From positions 7,688-71,687 of the forward strand of contig JAOABK010000006.1 in the NCBI GenBank assembly GCA_026418415.1: DNA of 64,000 nt, read 5' to 3'. The position numbers were made by a program, and so were the translations under genes. Shown here piece after piece: positions 20,611 through 29,133 of the stretch. This stretch comes from Pseudomonadota bacterium (lineage in GTDB: Bacteria > CALINM01). Below the pieces are notes generated by a model that saw nothing but the letters and a program-made list of their open reading frames with translations, had not been told where the DNA came from and searched no databases. Positions within the stretch are counted from its first letter, which is position 1. Each line of letters begins with the position of its first letter.

Positions 20611-22623
20611 ATGTTAGAGATTTTAGATTTGATAAATAAAATTGATTTGAAGTTACTATATTTTTTTAATATAACCCTTAAAAATCCAATAACTGATTTT
20701 TTGATGCCCCTTTTATCAAGATATGGTTATTTATTTTTTATTCCCTTTTTATTATTAGCTTTCAATGAAAAAAGAAAAGATCTCAATATTTTTATTTTTT
20801 TTGTTTTAACCTTTATTTTTTCAGATTTTATCTCTAATACTCTCAAAAACATAATAATGAGACCCAGACCTTTTGTAGAACATGCAATTATAAATTTGGA
20901 AGGGAGAGGGCTTTCTTATTCTATGCCATCTAATCATGCTACTAATGCCTTTGCTGTAGCTTTCTTTCTTAAAAATTATATTAAAAAAATCTTTCCTCTA
21001 TTCATACTTGCTTCTTTAATTGCTATTAGCAGAGTTATTATAGGAGTTCATTATCCCTCTGATGTTTTAATGGGAATTCTTTTAGGTGCCATTGTAGGAA
21101 TTACTTTTAATAAATTTCTATTGAGTTTTAATAACCTGGTAATAAAGGATAAAAATAAGGCTATCCTGATTATTATTTTAGTCTTCCTGTCTATATTCAG
21201 AATTTTATATATCAAATACTCTCCTATTGATCTTAGTGGAGATGAAGCCCATTATTGGGAATGGTCAAGAAATCTTGATATGAGTTATTATTCCAAGGGG
21301 CCTTTAATTTCTTATATTATCTTCATAGGAACAAAAATATTTGGAGATACGGAATTAGGGGTCAAATTTTTTGCTGTATTTTTTTCCTTTTTCTCAAGCC
21401 TATTAATGTACGAAATTACTGATATGCTTACTAAAAATAAAAAAACATCTTTTTTTAGTGGACTTACTTTACAAGTATTACCTCTCTTCTCATATCTTGG
21501 CATACTCATGACAATAGATAGCCCGTTTCTTTACTTTTGGCTTTTAGGGCTCTATTTAGTTTGTAAAATGACTGTTTTTGATGAGTTTAATTTTTTAAAA
21601 AACTGGTTATATCTGGGAGTGGTAGTTGGTTTAGGAATGCTTTCAAAATATACAATGGTATTCTTTTATCCTTCCTTAGTACTCTTTATATTTTTAGAAA
21701 AAAAATTTTATGTTTTTAAAAAACCAGGATTTTATATTTGTATTTTAACTTCACTTTTGATATTTCTTCCTGTATTGATATGGAATGATACATATGGGTG
21801 GGTCACTCTTAAGCATACAGCTTATCATGCAAGAATAGATAAGGGATTAACATTATCATGGTATGATTTTTTTGAATTTATAATATCTCAAATAGGATTA
21901 CTCACGCCTTTTATATTTTTACTAATGATTTATTCCTTTATTAAATTAACGGGTTTCCAAAGAAACTTTACAATCAGTTTTTTCATAGTTCTATTTAGCT
22001 TTTTTACCTTAAAAAGTATACAGGGCAAAGTAGAGGCAAACTGGCCACTTGTTGCATATCCTTCAGGCATTTTATCTATGAATGTTTTTTGGAATGAGAG
22101 AAAACCGAACTTTTTAATAATCTCTTTCTTGGTTGCTGGAATAATTACCCTTTTTGGATATTTAACCCCCTATTTAAATGTTCCTGAAAAATATAACCCC
22201 TCTTTAAGAATTTTGGGCTGGCAGGAACTTGGGAAAAAGGTTGATTTATTAAAAAATAGTATGGAAAATCCTAAAAAAACAATTATATTTACTGACGACT
22301 ATCAGTTATCAAGCTTAATTTCCTTTTACAGTAAAGATAAGCCTTTTGTCTTTTGTGTTAATTTTACTGGAAGAAGAATGAATCAATATGACATATGGGC
22401 ATATAATGAAAAATTTAATATCAATAATTACCGAAACTACAATGCAATTTTTATAACTAAAAATGACACACCATTTATTGAGTTCCTTATACGTCTTAGT
22501 TGTAATTCCTATGAAAAAAATAAGGAAGTGTTTTATAATAGGAAAATAAAGGTAAGAGAAATATCTTTTTACAGATGCTTTGGACTAAAAAGGATTGTAG
22601 AATTGCCAATTAGGAGTTATTGA
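20611..22623 (+). CDS. fusion of PAP2 lipid phosphatase (N-term) and ArnT/PMT_2-like GT-C glycosyltransferase (C-term)
   Basis: PAP2 motifs KNIIMRPRP, MPSNH, SRVIIGVHYPSDV; GT-C motifs DEAHYWEW..YYSKGP, MTIDSP, SKYT; many TM segments; one uninterrupted frame. Confidence 0.85.
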   Translation: MLEILDLINKIDLKLLYFFNITLKNPITDFLMPLLSRYGYLFFIPFLLLAFNEKRKDLNIFIFFVLTFIFSDFISNTLKNIIMRPRPFVEHAIINLEGRGLSYSMPSNHATNAFAVAFFLKNYIKKIFPLFILASLIAISRVIIGVHYPSDVLMGILLGAIVGITFNKFLLSFNNLVIKDKNKAILIIILVFLSIFRILYIKYSPIDLSGDEAHYWEWSRNLDMSYYSKGPLISYIIFIGTKIFGDTELGVKFFAVFFSFFSSLLMYEITDMLTKNKKTSFFSGLTLQVLPLFSYLGILMTIDSPFLYFWLLGLYLVCKMTVFDEFNFLKNWLYLGVVVGLGMLSKYTMVFFYPSLVLFIFLEKKFYVFKKPGFYICILTSLLIFLPVLIWNDTYGWVTLKHTAYHARIDKGLTLSWYDFFEFIISQIGLLTPFIFLLMIYSFIKLTGFQRNFTISFFIVLFSFFTLKSIQGKVEANWPLVAYPSGILSMNVFWNERKPNFLIISFLVAGIITLFGYLTPYLNVPEKYNPSLRILGWQELGKKVDLLKNSMENPKKTIIFTDDYQLSSLISFYSKDKPFVFCVNFTGRRMNQYDIWAYNEKFNINNYRNYNAIFITKNDTPFIEFLIRLSCNSYEKNKEVFYNRKIKVREISFYRCFGLKRIVELPIRSY

Positions 22624-23573
22624 TGAAAGTATCTATTGTCATTCCTATTTTTAATGAAGAAGAAAATATTAATCTGTTATATGAGAGAATAAAATTCGTC
22701 ATGGATAATACTAAAAATCCTTATGAAATAATATTCGTAGACGATGGAAGTAAAGATAATAGTTTGAATATACTTAAGAAGATACAAGAAAATGATGAAA
22801 AAATTATAGTAATATCTTTAAGAAAAAACTTTGGCCAAACCTCTGCCTTTGCTGCAGGGTTTGATTATGCAACAGGTGATGTGATAATAACAATGGATGG
22901 TGATCTACAAAATGATCCGGATGATATTCCAAAGTTGATTGAACTTTCCAAAGAATATGATATTGTAAGTGGATGGAGAAAGAATAGGAAAGATCCGTTT
23001 ATATCAAGAAGATTACCATCAATTATTGCTAACTGGCTTATTTCTAAAGTAACAGGAGTTAAATTACATGATTATGGATGTAGTTTGAAAGCTTATAGAA
23101 GAGATGTTTTGCAAAATATAAATTTATATGGAGAGATGCATAGATTTATTCCAGCGGTTGCCAGTCAGTATGGAGTTAAAATTACTGAAGTTGAAACAAA
23201 GCACCATCCAAGAAAATACGGTAAATCAAAGTATGGAATTTCAAGAACTTTTAAAGTAATTCTCGATTTAATAATGATAAAATTCTTTCAATCCTTCTTT
23301 TCCAAGCCATTGAGGGCTTTTGGCCCAATTGGGTTAGCAAGTTTTTTTGCAGGATTAATAATATCACTAAAACTTACTTTTGAGAAGTTCTATTACCATA
23401 AGGACATTGGGGGAAGACCTTTATTAATATTAGGTGTAATGCTAATTATAGTTGGCGTTCAGATGCTTGCTATGGGGATTTTAGGTGAATATCTTGTAAG
23501 GATTTATTATGAAACGCAGAAAAAGCCTATTTATTATATAAGAGAAATATATACTTCTAAAAGGGAAAACTAA
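22620..23573 (+). CDS. polyprenyl-phosphate glycosyltransferase (GT2, ArnC/GtrB-like)
   Basis: SIVIPIFNEEE, VDDGSKD, DGDLQNDP, YGEMHRFIP, two C-terminal TMs, GEYLVRIY. Confidence 0.9.
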   Translation: MMKVSIVIPIFNEEENINLLYERIKFVMDNTKNPYEIIFVDDGSKDNSLNILKKIQENDEKIIVISLRKNFGQTSAFAAGFDYATGDVIITMDGDLQNDPDDIPKLIELSKEYDIVSGWRKNRKDPFISRRLPSIIANWLISKVTGVKLHDYGCSLKAYRRDVLQNINLYGEMHRFIPAVASQYGVKITEVETKHHPRKYGKSKYGISRTFKVILDLIMIKFFQSFFSKPLRAFGPIGLASFFAGLIISLKLTFEKFYYHKDIGGRPLLILGVMLIIVGVQMLAMGILGEYLVRIYYETQKKPIYYIREIYTSKREN

Positions 23574-24482
23574 TTGAAAAGATATATCAAATTTTTAGGA
23601 AAGGCATTAATAAGCTTTTTTTTTCTATTTCTTGTTTTTAAAAAACTTGATTTTAATACCATCATCATTGAACTTAAACAAATAAACATAATAATGCTTT
23701 TTTTATCTATTATACTTTATCTAAGCACAATGATTTTTTCTACAATTAGATGGTCTTATTTTGTGAAAACAAAAAAATCTATAAAAGAATTATTCCAACT
23801 ATATATGATTGGCACCTTCTTTAATCTCTTTATGCCTGGTACTGTTGGAGGAGATGTTATAAAAGCATATTATTTATACAAAGAAGATAGAAAAAAAACT
23901 AATCCCCTTGTCTCTGTTTTTATGGAAAGATATATGGGGCTTTGTGCTCTAATAACCATAGCTTTAATTGGATTCTTTTTTGGTTATGATTACATTAAAG
24001 ACAGCTTAATCGACAAATTATTTTATCTAATATGTGCATTATTTATTCTCGGGACACTTTTCGTTTTATTTTTTCCCTATGAAAAATTTTATCATAAATT
24101 AGATAGAGCTCGAGAATCTATTAAAAATTATATGTTTAATCCCTCAATATTTTTTAGGACCTACATATTATCATTAATTGTTCAAGGTATTGGTGTTTTA
24201 GTAGTTTATTTCCTTGGAATTGGCTTATCTATTCCTCTCCAATTTAAGTTTTATCTGATTTTTATACCCATAATAACTGTCATATCCATGATACCTATAT
24301 CCCTTTCAGGCTTCGGTGTTAGAGAGTATGGTTTTTTATATCTCTTAAGCATCTTTGGTATATCAAAGGAGAAAGCAGTAGGACTCTCTTTAATGTGGTT
24401 TTTTACTATGCTCATGACAGGCCTTGTTGGAATGTTTTTTTATTTGAATAAAAAAGTTAATACAAATGTTGACATTAGTTAA
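23574..24482 (+). CDS. LPG-synthase TM / flippase-like membrane protein
   Basis: FFNLFMPGTVGGDVIKA, SVFMER, PISLSGFGVRE; highly hydrophobic; TTG start. Confidence 0.85.
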   Translation: MKRYIKFLGKALISFFFLFLVFKKLDFNTIIIELKQINIIMLFLSIILYLSTMIFSTIRWSYFVKTKKSIKELFQLYMIGTFFNLFMPGTVGGDVIKAYYLYKEDRKKTNPLVSVFMERYMGLCALITIALIGFFFGYDYIKDSLIDKLFYLICALFILGTLFVLFFPYEKFYHKLDRARESIKNYMFNPSIFFRTYILSLIVQGIGVLVVYFLGIGLSIPLQFKFYLIFIPIITVISMIPISLSGFGVREYGFLYLLSIFGISKEKAVGLSLMWFFTMLMTGLVGMFFYLNKKVNTNVDIS

Positions 24483-24496
24483 TTATATGATTTAAT
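24469..24496 (+). promoter_or_regulatory. putative sigma70 promoter of the major pilin
   Basis: Perfect TTGACA (24469-24474), 16 bp spacer, TGn-TTTAAT (24491-24496); GGAGG RBS before ATG 24524. Confidence 0.5.
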
Positions 24497-24523
24497 ATTA
24501 TTATAAAAAGTTGGAGGTAAACT

Positions 24524-24964
24524 ATGAAAAATCAAAAAGGTTTTACTCTAATTGAGTTGGTTATTGTTTTAATTCTTCTTGGTATTTTAGCCGCTGTTGC
24601 TGTACCTAAATTTATGAATCTTCAAGAGGAAGCAAAGAAGTCTGGTGTTAAAGGTGCTGTTGCAAGTGTAAGAAGTGCTATTAATATTTATTATGCTAAT
24701 GCTAATTTGAAGGGAAAAACAACCGTATTCCCACCAAGTGAAACTGTATTAAAGAATATATTGAATGGTCCTATCCCAGATAATGCAGCAGTAATAAATC
24801 CAGGTGCAGACAAGAAGGCAATAGATGTAACTACAACTGCAACACCACCAGCGGTTACAGCAGCAGACAGTACAACTGCAACAAAACCAGCATGGAGATA
24901 TAATTCTAATACAGGGCAGTTCTGGTCAAACTGGGGTGGTGGATTTAAAGCTAATACTTACTAA
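24524..24964 (+). CDS. type IV major pilin, MshA-like
   Basis: Class III signal QKG|FTLIE (E5), GILAAVAVPKF, own promoter, strong RBS and terminator; no Cys; Thr/Ala/Pro-rich insert. Confidence 0.88.
   Translation: MKNQKGFTLIELVIVLILLGILAAVAVPKFMNLQEEAKKSGVKGAVASVRSAINIYYANANLKGKTTVFPPSETVLKNILNGPIPDNAAVINPGADKKAIDVTTTATPPAVTAADSTTATKPAWRYNSNTGQFWSNWGGGFKANTY
24832..24891 (+). repeat. 21-bp imperfect direct repeat within the pilin (TTATPPA / TTATKPA)
   Basis: TACAACTGCAACACCACCAGC (24832-24852) vs TACAACTGCAACAAAACCAGC (24871-24891); 19/21 identical, 39 bp apart. Confidence 0.85.
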
Positions 24965-24967
24965 TTT

Positions 24968-24998
24968 TTTAAAGGCTGCCAAATCGGCAGCCTTTAAA
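24968..24998 (+). terminator. hairpin/intrinsic terminator after the major pilin
   Basis: Perfect 13-bp stem TTTAAAGGCTGCC-aaatc-GGCAGCCTTTAAA, 3 bp after the stop. Confidence 0.85.
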
Positions 24999-25040
24999 CT
25001 TCAATTTGTTTTATTAATCTATTTTTCCAAGGAATAGGAT

Positions 25041-27002
25041 ATAAAAAATAAAAAAGTTTTATTATCCTTCATATTAACATTTTCATTCCTATTTTCAATC
25101 ATCAAGATTAGAAGTTATGATTTATTTATTTATCTTAAAGTTGCTGATTTTGATAGTTTCTTAAATCCTATAAAAACTAATCTTTTTTCCTTTTCCCATT
25201 CCAATTATGGCTACACAAATTATTCAATCATTTTTTCTGAGATAGCTAATTTACTTAATAATTTGTTTGGAATTAGCTCTCTTATTTTTTTTCAATCCCT
25301 TATAATCTCGGTAAGCTTTGGATTGCTAACGCTCATATATAAAAAGAAAAATAATTACATTTTTATTATGATCTTTTTCCTGCTCTCCCTTTTTACTTTG
25401 AGAGAGAGACTTTTATTTAGACCCCATAATTTAAGTTATTTATTTTTTGCAATAAATCTATATCTGTTAGTTAATGACCTGAAAGGTAGATTGTTATTTT
25501 TGTTTTTAAATCAGATCTTTTGGGTAAATACTCATAATAGTTTTATATTAGGAATAATTAATCCCTTTTTATTGTATCCCTTTATACCGAATAGAAGTTA
25601 CAAAAGTTTATTGTTAGTCTTTGCAACAAGTACCTTAGGAAGTTTATTTTCAATACATTTCTTAAAACCCTTTATAGAAATTTTTAACCCCTTTTTAGGA
25701 GAAACGAAAGAACTCTTTAAAATTCTACCAATACATGAATGGCAAACAATAGATTTAAATTTAATTTTATCTTTTTATGGATTACTTGTAATTTTTTCTA
25801 TTTTGCTAATTTTAAAAACAAGGTTCTACAAAATAATCCCCTTTTTTGCATTTTATTTATTTATATCTATAAAATTTGTCAGATTTATAGACTATTTTGC
25901 ATTGTCAGCTTTTTTTACTATGATTATTTTACTTAACAATAATAGTGAGATAGAAGAAAGTCTTAAATTTGTAATTTTAAAATATGCTTTGTTTTTCGTG
26001 ATATTTTTATGGTGTATTATTAGTTATTTTAATAATCCTCTTATACCCTATGGTTTAGGCATGGCTGACTTCTTTTATCCCCAAAATGCTATAGATTTTA
26101 TGAAAAAAAATAAAATAAAGGGAAATATTTATAACAGTTATCCCTTTGGTGGATATATTATTTATAATCTTTTTCCCGATTCTAAACCAATCATTGATGG
26201 CAGGCTTTGTTACCCCTTGGATTTTATAAAATTATATTCAGATTCTCTTGAAGATCCTTATGCATTTAAAAATCTTTTGATTAAGTATAAACCAGAGATT
26301 TTTCTTCTCGATTATAACCACCCTAATATAATAATTTTTCTTGATATTATGAGAGATAGATATAAGCTTGTATATTTTGATGATAATTCAATGATTTTTT
26401 TGGAAAAATCAAATAAGTTTGAGGATATTATAAGAAATCATGAGTATAAGCATATTTCTCCTCAATATGTAATGGGCATAGATATTGAGAAAAAACATGA
26501 TATGGAAAGGGTAATTGAAGAAATACAAAGAAATATTAAGGAAACAAATAGTGTGAGAAGCAATATTATGTTTGGTAATATTCAACTTAATATGGGAAGA
26601 AAAGATAAAGCTAAAGAAATATTCAAACAAGTAATTAAAAGGGAAAGTCCTATTGGCAAAGCAGAGGCTTATAATAATCTTGGAATATTATATCTTGAAA
26701 ACAATGATATAAGTAATGCTATTAAAATGTTTAAAAAAGCGATCTTTTTTAACCAAGATTTTGATATAGCATATTACAATTTAGCTTTAATTTATAGAGA
26801 AAGAAATGATTTTGTTAGTTCCTTTTACCATCTATTTAGATATTTAATTATTCAAAAAAGTAAAGGCGAAGTAAAAGATGATTTAAAGACTGAATTCATT
26901 GAGGTATTTAAGCAAGCAATTAAAAGTGTAATTAAGTACACAGGTCTAATGTTGGCTATTTTTGGTATTCTTTACATATTGTTTATAAAAAAAAGAGGGT
27001 AG
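25041..27002 (+). CDS. multi-TM GT-C-like membrane protein with C-terminal TPRs (candidate pilin glycosyltransferase); apparent ATA start
   Basis: Frame is open from TAG 25035-25037; extension (M)KNKKVLLSFILTFSFLFSIIKIRSYDLFIYLK...NLFSF; motifs RPH..S, WVNTH, IHEW, NSYPFGGY, IDGR; TPRs AEAYNNLG / AYYNLA. ORF track starts at TTG 25263. Function is inferred. Confidence 0.65.
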   Translation: MKNKKVLLSFILTFSFLFSIIKIRSYDLFIYLKVADFDSFLNPIKTNLFSFSHSNYGYTNYSIIFSEIANLLNNLFGISSLIFFQSLIISVSFGLLTLIYKKKNNYIFIMIFFLLSLFTLRERLLFRPHNLSYLFFAINLYLLVNDLKGRLLFLFLNQIFWVNTHNSFILGIINPFLLYPFIPNRSYKSLLLVFATSTLGSLFSIHFLKPFIEIFNPFLGETKELFKILPIHEWQTIDLNLILSFYGLLVIFSILLILKTRFYKIIPFFAFYLFISIKFVRFIDYFALSAFFTMIILLNNNSEIEESLKFVILKYALFFVIFLWCIISYFNNPLIPYGLGMADFFYPQNAIDFMKKNKIKGNIYNSYPFGGYIIYNLFPDSKPIIDGRLCYPLDFIKLYSDSLEDPYAFKNLLIKYKPEIFLLDYNHPNIIIFLDIMRDRYKLVYFDDNSMIFLEKSNKFEDIIRNHEYKHISPQYVMGIDIEKKHDMERVIEEIQRNIKETNSVRSNIMFGNIQLNMGRKDKAKEIFKQVIKRESPIGKAEAYNNLGILYLENNDISNAIKMFKKAIFFNQDFDIAYYNLALIYRERNDFVSSFYHLFRYLIIQKSKGEVKDDLKTEFIEVFKQAIKSVIKYTGLMLAIFGILYILFIKKRG

Positions 27003-27010
27003 CTCCTTTA

Positions 27011-27038
27011 TTGAATTACCTTTATTTTATGTTAAAAT
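27011..27038 (+). promoter_or_regulatory. putative promoter of the minor-pilin operon (probably leaderless)
   Basis: TTGAAT, 16 bp spacer, TGn-TAAAAT (27033-27038); 7 nt to ATG 27046; no SD. Confidence 0.45.
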
Positions 27039-27045
27039 AAAGTAG

Positions 27046-27489
27046 ATGAAGGGACTTACATTAATTGAGTTTGTGATGACACTTATTGTACTGTCAATCA
27101 TATTCGTAGTAGTCATTTTAGGCATGAGAAAACCTCTTGATGTAAATTTAGACTTAGCAACAAAAAAAGTTTATGGTGACCTTTCATTTATAAGAGAGAA
27201 AGCAATTTCTACAAATAAAAGATATAAAATTTATTTACAAACTCCAGATATATTTATGGCTGGGTTTGGCAATTATACGCTAATTATTAATCCCGATGAT
27301 CAATCTAAATTAAGATATAAATTGGGAGATAAATATCCTAAAGTCTCATTTTTCAAAAATTATTCTGTTGCTTTTGATGGTTTAGGGAGGAATATTTTTA
27401 GAACTCAGACTTCGATTATAATCAAGACCAGTACTAATCAAAAGATAATTAAAATAAACCCTGAACATGGCAGAGTTTATGTATATTAG
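27046..27489 (+). CDS. minor pilin, FimT/GspH/MshC-like
   Basis: MKG|LTLIE prepilin motif; VAFDGLGR and IKINPEHGRV GspH-like C-terminus. Confidence 0.82.
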   Translation: MKGLTLIEFVMTLIVLSIIFVVVILGMRKPLDVNLDLATKKVYGDLSFIREKAISTNKRYKIYLQTPDIFMAGFGNYTLIINPDDQSKLRYKLGDKYPKVSFFKNYSVAFDGLGRNIFRTQTSIIIKTSTNQKIIKINPEHGRVYVY

Positions 27490-27862
27490 TATTACAAAAG
27501 GATTTACATTAATAGAAGTTGTAATTGTAATACTTCTAATAGCAATAGCAGTACCAGCTATTATTTTTCCTGTTTTTGAATCTTCGAAACAAAGCTATCG
27601 AAGTGAAGAATATCTTAACGGCTTGTTTCTAGCAGAAGGAAAAATGGAAGAGATAACACGATTTAAAAATATTTCGGGTCTTGATAGAACAATTAATAGA
27701 ACATTAACCAATAAATTTGATGATACTTTGGTTGGATTTAATAGAAAAGTTACTTATTTCCCATATTCCAGCTGGAGAGGGGTTTTTACCGTGACTGTTA
27801 GTAAGCAAAATGTGGGATCAATTAAAATTACAACATGGTTTACTAGATATTCCTCACTATGA
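27467..27862 (+). CDS. minor pilin, PilV/MshD-like
   Basis: KG|FTLIE, LAEGKMEEI; start may be ATG 27479. Confidence 0.82.
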   Translation: MAEFMYISITKGFTLIEVVIVILLIAIAVPAIIFPVFESSKQSYRSEEYLNGLFLAEGKMEEITRFKNISGLDRTINRTLTNKFDDTLVGFNRKVTYFPYSSWRGVFTVTVSKQNVGSIKITTWFTRYSSL

Positions 27863-28335
27863 AGAAAGCTGAAAGAGGTTTTACACTTATTGAAATAGTA
27901 TTAGCAGTAGTTTTAATAGGTATAATTGCTGGCTTTGTTGGTAGAATATTATTTCAAGAAATAAATTTTTATAGATTAATATTACCTCGGAAAGAAGTAA
28001 AAGTAGAAAACAAGCTTGTTTTTGAGAGAATTATAAAAGAAGCAAAAGATGCATATAAAAATAGTTATAATTCAGGAAATAATGTAAGGTTTAAAGTTCC
28101 TTATAATACTTTTAAAGGATACACGTCAGTTAGAATTTATCTAAGTAGTAATAAACTATATTTCTCAACTGATAGTAAACCAGCCAGTATCATAGGGGAA
28201 CAAATTGCTTTTTTCAATATAACATCTATTAGATGGATACCTAAAAGGGATTTAATAAAAGTAAAGCTTATTTCAAATGTTAATAATACTTTAATTAACC
28301 AGGAAACTGAGATTTATTTGAGGAATCAAAGGTGA
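27859..28335 (+). CDS. minor pilin, PilW/MshO-like
   Basis: RG|FTLIE, C-terminal IYLRN. Confidence 0.82.
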   Translation: MKKAERGFTLIEIVLAVVLIGIIAGFVGRILFQEINFYRLILPRKEVKVENKLVFERIIKEAKDAYKNSYNSGNNVRFKVPYNTFKGYTSVRIYLSSNKLYFSTDSKPASIIGEQIAFFNITSIRWIPKRDLIKVKLISNVNNTLINQETEIYLRNQR

Positions 28336-29123
28336 ATAATAGAGGCTTTGCCTTAGTAAATGTGGTTGTAGCTTTAATAATTATCTCATTAGTTGCTCTA
28401 CTTTTTACTAATTTAATCTCTATCGAATCAAACATTGCAATGGATAAATTTTTCAGTACTAAAGCTTACTATTCTGCCCAATCTGGTATAGAGAATGCTC
28501 AAAGAATTTTATCATTAAACTATAATTGGTATTATATGCAAGAGGGAATTTTAGAAAGCAGAAGCGACAATTTGGATGGAGCATCATATATTACTAACGT
28601 ATATCTACCCGCAACTGCATTAAAAAAGGATATAAATAAAAATAAAACAACAATTGATGTTTTTGACACATCAAGGTTTCCATCCTCAAATATACTTCTT
28701 CTAATCAATAGTGAGCAAATTCTTTGTTCTGGGAAGACCAGTTCTACATTTACAAATTGTCAAAGAGGATATAATGGTACAACCAAAGACAAACATGATG
28801 CAGGTTCCTTTGTATTTCAGGTTGCCACCTTGATTTCTGTTGACAATGCAAAAAGAACAATCACAGTTAATAATAATGAGAAATTTATAACATCTGGATT
28901 ACTTTTGATAGATTCAGATCCCACTTTCCCAGATCCAGTTGAAGTAACTTATACTGATAAAAGTAACAATATTTTTTGGGGATGTGATGATCTAAGCTGG
29001 TATACACCGGGAACTTATTATGTTATAAACTCTGGATTGGATTTAAGAGAACAGATTGAAATTATCTCAGAAGGTAGATATAAGGGCATAGTAAAGAAAA
29101 TTAATAGCACAATATTTAGGTAA
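28332..29123 (+). CDS. minor pilin, PilX/MshP-like, with two inserted beta-rich modules
   Basis: RG|FALVN (no E5, as in PilX), KAYYSAQSGIE PilX N-terminal motif; insert at about aa 94-232. Confidence 0.8.
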   Translation: MNNRGFALVNVVVALIIISLVALLFTNLISIESNIAMDKFFSTKAYYSAQSGIENAQRILSLNYNWYYMQEGILESRSDNLDGASYITNVYLPATALKKDINKNKTTIDVFDTSRFPSSNILLLINSEQILCSGKTSSTFTNCQRGYNGTTKDKHDAGSFVFQVATLISVDNAKRTITVNNNEKFITSGLLLIDSDPTFPDPVEVTYTDKSNNIFWGCDDLSWYTPGTYYVINSGLDLREQIEIISEGRYKGIVKKINSTIFR

Positions 29124-29133
29124 GGGGTTGTTT

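Noticed and set aside
24480-24523. Sigma54 promoter for the pilin, as in PilR-regulated pilA genes
   Set aside because: No TGGCAC-N5-TTGC-like element is visible; a TTGACA sigma70-type element is present instead.
24524-24964. Conductive e-pilin (Geobacter-type)
   Set aside because: Hand count gives 12 aromatic residues in 140 mature residues (~8.6%) with a 54-residue aromatic-free gap; it is a long MshA-like pilin.
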